A stretch of 64,000 nucleotides of DNA from positions 1,190 to 65,189 of the forward strand of contig JAOAEQ010000005.1 in the NCBI GenBank assembly GCA_026416715.1. Reading direction: 5' to 3'. Positions 60,250-64,000 of the stretch are shown here, in pieces. This stretch comes from a bacterium. GTDB taxonomy: Bacteria; UBP4; UBA4092; JAOAEQ01. Position 1 is the stretch's first letter, and every line of letters begins with the position of its first letter. The position numbers and the translations under genes are program-made. The notes beneath the pieces are model-generated. The model was not told the DNA's origin. It did no database searches and was given only the letters and a program-made list of their open reading frames with translations.

Positions 60250-61053
60250 TCATTCCGGTAAATCCGTGGCTAAGAATCCTTCTTGTTTCAGTCGAATTAA
60301 GTTGTATTTTATTTTCTCTTTCTCCAACTGCAATTTACGGACTAATTCCGATTCAGTTAGGTTCGGGTTTTTTAACAATGTTTGAAGAATCAGTCCTCGT
60401 ATCTGCCGATTTGACCCTTCAAACCGACTCTGTTTCGTATAATGTGCACTTCTTCGATTTGGGTTCGGCACCTGTTTTCTAAGCATAGCCCCATAATCCA
60501 TTAACGCATAATACCATTCTCGCGGATTCGTTCTATCAACGGTTAATTCTACTAGTGGCAAGATATCTTTATCTTTAACTCGCCGTTTCTTCTGAAAAAA
60601 GAAATGAATATATACTCGGCGAATATTCGTTTCAATAAATATAGTTGGCTGATTATATGCAAACGCACAGACCGCTGCCGCTGTATACTGCCCTACCCCA
60701 GGGAGTTCGATAAGTTCACCCACGGTTTCTGGTAAGTTTCCTTGATACTTCTCTACAAGAATCTTTGCCGAGCGATGTAATGCAATCGCTCGACGATTAT
60801 ACCCTAATCCTTGCCAAAGTTTAAGCACTTTGTTGAGCGAGGATTTCGCGAGAGATTGCACGGTGGGAAAAGTTTTTAGGAATAACCTATATTTATCCAC
60901 TACTCGCTCAGATTGTGTTTGTTGTAGCATGATTTCAGAGATGAAAATATGATATGGATTTTGGGTATCCCGCCAAGGGAAAAAACGTTTATTCTTGTGA
61001 TAGTATTGGTAGATAATTTTATGAAATTCTTTAATTTTCGGTTTGGACAACAC
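60250..61053 (-). CDS. HhH-GPD superfamily DNA glycosylase (MutY/endonuclease III-like), no Fe-S cysteine cluster seen
   Basis: ISEIMLQQTQ and helix-hairpin-helix LPGVGQYTAAAV motifs; C-terminal winged-helix-like tail instead of the Cys4 cluster. Confidence 0.7.
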   Translation of the reverse strand: MLSKPKIKEFHKIIYQYYHKNKRFFPWRDTQNPYHIFISEIMLQQTQSERVVDKYRLFLKTFPTVQSLAKSSLNKVLKLWQGLGYNRRAIALHRSAKILVEKYQGNLPETVGELIELPGVGQYTAAAVCAFAYNQPTIFIETNIRRVYIHFFFQKKRRVKDKDILPLVELTVDRTNPREWYYALMDYGAMLRKQVPNPNRRSAHYTKQSRFEGSNRQIRGLILQTLLKNPNLTESELVRKLQLEKEKIKYNLIRLKQEGFLATDLPE

Positions 61054-61190
61054 AATTTGATTCTACGGCTCGAATTATAGAATGCGTTACTATGTTTTGT
61101 TTTAGCTAGGTGACCAAACTGAACTTGCCACCGATAGGACATAGATTGTAAAAGATAATATTGGGTAGTCTGACACCTAAATAACTGGTC

Positions 61191-61811
61191 CTATCTACTC
61201 GGTCGGGTAAGAATACTATCTAGATCGCGGAGCGCTTGTTCCATGATACTTTCTAATGAAGCACCGAGCATTTTTGCGGTCCAGACACGCTGATTCATTG
61301 TACGTAATAAATCTTTATTTGCTTCTCCAGAATAGGTGGTCGTATTAATTTTTACGCCATCCGGTTTGCTGATAGTTATCCGGAGTTCAGTTTTTCCGAC
61401 AATCATTTGCGGAATCGCCCATTGGGTGATTTTTTTCCCAGGTTTCGGTTGGGTTATTCCAGAAAATAATAAGATTTCGATATCTATTCGATATAAGTTT
61501 AAACTCGAAATTGCAGTAGGCGGTTTTGCTATTCCGCTTAACTGTAATTCTTTCTCGAAGATAGATTTCATCATCTCTGCGACTGGCCGCATCCAGAGGA
61601 TGGTATCCGCAGCAATATCAGCTTCGGGACGTGTATCAGTTACTTGCAATTCGAGATAAATCGGTTTGTTAAATTTCGAACTATATTTTGTATAGGTATA
61701 AAACTTGGGATTATCTAAATCAAATCGTTCCTGTTTCTTATCTTTTGCTACCGCAACTGAAAATAAAAATAAAATACCTATCGATAAGATACTGGATAAT
61801 ACTTTTTTCAT
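61191..61811 (-). CDS. Hypothetical secreted protein / lipoprotein
   Basis: Start at internal Met (MKKVLSSILSIGILFLFSVAVA signal peptide); no recognisable domain. Confidence 0.45.
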   Translation of the reverse strand: MKKVLSSILSIGILFLFSVAVAKDKKQERFDLDNPKFYTYTKYSSKFNKPIYLELQVTDTRPEADIAADTILWMRPVAEMMKSIFEKELQLSGIAKPPTAISSLNLYRIDIEILLFSGITQPKPGKKITQWAIPQMIVGKTELRITISKPDGVKINTTTYSGEANKDLLRTMNQRVWTAKMLGASLESIMEQALRDLDSILTRPSR

Positions 61812-61977
61812 ATCAACCTCCAAAGCAATAGCTATTGGTAAATCATTGTAGCATAAAAACTAAATAATAAAAAATATGTGAGTTACTTCAAGGACGATTA
61901 ACCATCTCAATGTTAATTCTTTCAATAGGAAAAGCTATAGCCACCGTTTGCAGGAGCATTCATAAACAGGTATAATA

Positions 61978-63381
61978 TTGCCGAAAAACGAATTATCCAT
62001 GAGTAAATCGAGTACTAGAAAACCATCCGCGCGATTGATAGCGTATCAGGTGTTACTTCGTGTTGAGCAAGATAAAGCATATGCGGGATTAGCGCTGGAT
62101 AGTGCCTTAGCTAAATCAACATTATCTAACCGAGATAAGCGACTGGTTACCGAGCTGGTGTATGGAACGATTCGACATCAGGGAACAATTGATTGGCTGA
62201 TTGGCCAGTATGCGAACAAATCGGATAAATGGATTTCTCTAAAGTTAAAACTAATCCTGCGATTGGGCGCTTATCAACTGTTATATTTAAATAAAATCCC
62301 GGAATTCGCAGCTGTCCACGAAACGGTTAAACTCGCAAAACAATCGGGATTAACGAAATTTGCTGGAGTGGTTAATGCGGTATTACGTCGTCTTGCGGAA
62401 CATCGTGACCGGATAGAATATCCGGATAAAACGGTAGATATGGTTCGATATCTATCCGTGAAGTATTCGCATCCGGAATGGATTATTCGAATTTTTTTAT
62501 CGCAGTTCGGTGTTTCAGAAACAGAACATTTATTAGCGGTGAATAATCAACCTGCGCCGATAACTCTTCGGGTGAACCAATTAAAATGCACTGTTAACCA
62601 GGTAGAACAACTATTGACTCAGGCGAACTTGGATGTTGTGAAACATCAATACGTATCGAACGCATTACAAATTAGCCGATTACCGAGGTCAATTCAGGAT
62701 TTACCTGGATATCAAGAAGGGTATTTTACGGTACAGGATCCCGCTTCAATATTAGTTGCCGATTTAGTGCATCCAAAACCAGGGCAGACGATAGTCGATT
62801 TATGTGCGGCACCAGGTGGAAAAGCAACTCGACTTGCAGAACTAATGCAAAATCAGGGAAAATTATTTGCTATTGATTTACATCCGAAAAAAGCGAAATT
62901 AATCGAACAGACCGCTGTTCGGCTTGGACTAACGAATATCAAAGTTATTGTTGCTGATGCTACACGATTAAACGAAATAATCTCAGAACCAGTTGATGCC
63001 GTTTTAGTTGATGCACCATGTTCCGGGTTGGGAGTCCTGCGTCGCAAAGTTGATAGCCGATGGAGAAAACAACCGACGACAATTCCTGAACTTGTTCGTT
63101 TACAGGAACGGTTGCTAGAATCTGCATATCAGATTTTAAAACCTGGCGGTGTTCTCGTATATTCAACCTGTACGTTAACTAAGGAAGAAAACGAACTCCA
63201 GGTTAGTCGATTCCTGCAATTACATCCGGATATGCACCTTGGTTTAGCAAAAGGCTATCTTCCTTCTTCAGCAGTGGAATTGATTACTAAAGAAGGATAT
63301 TATTTAGCTTTACCGCATAAACATGGAACCGACGGCATCTTTGCAGCACGTATGATTAAAAAAACTTCATCAGGGCTTTAA
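61978..63381 (+). CDS. rsmB: 16S rRNA (cytosine967-C5)-methyltransferase RsmB/Sun
   Basis: N-terminal NusB-like domain and C-terminal methyltransferase with DLCAAPGGK motif and catalytic Cys region (STCTLTKEENE). Confidence 0.9.
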   Translation: MPKNELSMSKSSTRKPSARLIAYQVLLRVEQDKAYAGLALDSALAKSTLSNRDKRLVTELVYGTIRHQGTIDWLIGQYANKSDKWISLKLKLILRLGAYQLLYLNKIPEFAAVHETVKLAKQSGLTKFAGVVNAVLRRLAEHRDRIEYPDKTVDMVRYLSVKYSHPEWIIRIFLSQFGVSETEHLLAVNNQPAPITLRVNQLKCTVNQVEQLLTQANLDVVKHQYVSNALQISRLPRSIQDLPGYQEGYFTVQDPASILVADLVHPKPGQTIVDLCAAPGGKATRLAELMQNQGKLFAIDLHPKKAKLIEQTAVRLGLTNIKVIVADATRLNEIISEPVDAVLVDAPCSGLGVLRRKVDSRWRKQPTTIPELVRLQERLLESAYQILKPGGVLVYSTCTLTKEENELQVSRFLQLHPDMHLGLAKGYLPSSAVELITKEGYYLALPHKHGTDGIFAARMIKKTSSGL

Positions 63382-63836
63382 CTTATGGTTCATAACCCTA
63401 TACTTTTGACTGATCTCCGATATGCATCGAGGTAAACTTTAGCTCAGGGTTAATAACCTTTAGAGCTAAAAGATTATTGGTAGGCTAAAGCTAAGTCCAA
63501 GTTGGTCGTCCCGTATATAAGAGAGGGCGAATACCCCGTAGTAATTGCTCAGGCGAAGATTCAGTTTATCCTGGCGGGATTAGCGGTACGTGGTTATCCA
63601 TAACAACCCAGTTATGAATAATTGGGCTAATATCAATCATCCGCTTTCAGCGGATTTACAAGAAGCAGGTTTGCAAGAGGAATCTTTGACGGCGATTTAG
63701 CGCACGATGAACAACCTTATAAGGTTGACTGTTTATTTCGGCTTAAACCTATTGAATCCTCGGCTGAAGGTGGGTTGAAGGGTTTTCAGGTTAACGGCTC
63801 ATCAACCTCGACTCAAGGCAGGTAGAAAGCAAAATT

Positions 63837-64000
63837 ATGAAAATGAAACCGAAAATCGTTCCATCAATTTTATCTGCTGATTTCGGCAATCTTAATACTG
63901 CCGTTAAATCCGTCCAACGGGCAGGATGTGATTGGGTACATCTGGATATTATGGACGGTCATTTCGTTCCCAATATATCTATGGGGATTCCGGTAGTCGC
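63837..64000 (+). CDS. rpe: Ribulose-phosphate 3-epimerase (5' partial, runs off the window)
   Basis: [54 protein letters not shown] matches the Rpe N-terminus. Confidence 0.85.
   Translation, partial: MKMKPKIVPSILSADFGNLNTAVKSVQRAGCDWVHLDIMDGHFVPNISMGIPVV

Noticed and set aside
63382-63836. Possible RNase P RNA (rnpB) in the rsmB-rpe spacer
   Set aside because: Only partial resemblance to the P4 strands (AAGTCC and GGCTTA); the other conserved regions could not be located by eye and no tRNA-like 3' end (tmRNA) is present. Kept as an unassigned candidate RNA; needs a covariance-model search.
1-64000. Mobile elements, prophage genes, integrons or CRISPR arrays
   Set aside because: No transposase, integrase, recombinase or phage structural motifs and no regularly spaced direct repeats were seen; the only repeats are intragenic (tandem domain duplication, paralogous peptidase genes) and short intergenic hairpins.

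Overview
AT-rich (by eye) bacterial chromosomal window with dense coding on both strands and no mobile elements, integrases or CRISPR arrays detected. Lipopolysaccharide-transport genes (LptF/G-like, LptD-like) and a prepilin peptidase indicate a diderm organism; the lineage cannot be determined from sequence alone. Housekeeping genes frame the window: rpmE, a DUF1385-like gene, prfA, tRNA-Pro(GGG), aroC, aroE, argB, ndk, a TatD/radical-SAM fusion, gatA, gatB, a class II photolyase, rsmB and the start of rpe. The centre is a roughly 35 kb run of minus-strand genes (about 12.6-48.1 kb) for a cell-surface glycan: an initiating sugar transferase, Wzx/Wzy/Wzz-like proteins, three GT4 and two GT2 glycosyltransferases, GT-C-like membrane proteins, a B12-binding radical SAM enzyme, a GDP-mannose 3,5-epimerase homolog and a gmd/rmd-like pair. 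Embedded in that locus are the most unusual elements: two tandem C25 (gingipain-like) cysteine peptidase paralogs, a C-terminal domain shared between one of them and a TPR protein, a large membrane protein with an internal tandem duplication, a methyltransferase broken by two homopolymer frameshifts, and several uncharacterised proteins. A HEPN/MNT pair sits at the 5' end and a GC-enriched, ORF-free region of about 455 bp lies upstream of rpe. All calls rest on motif recognition and recall of protein families, not on database searches.
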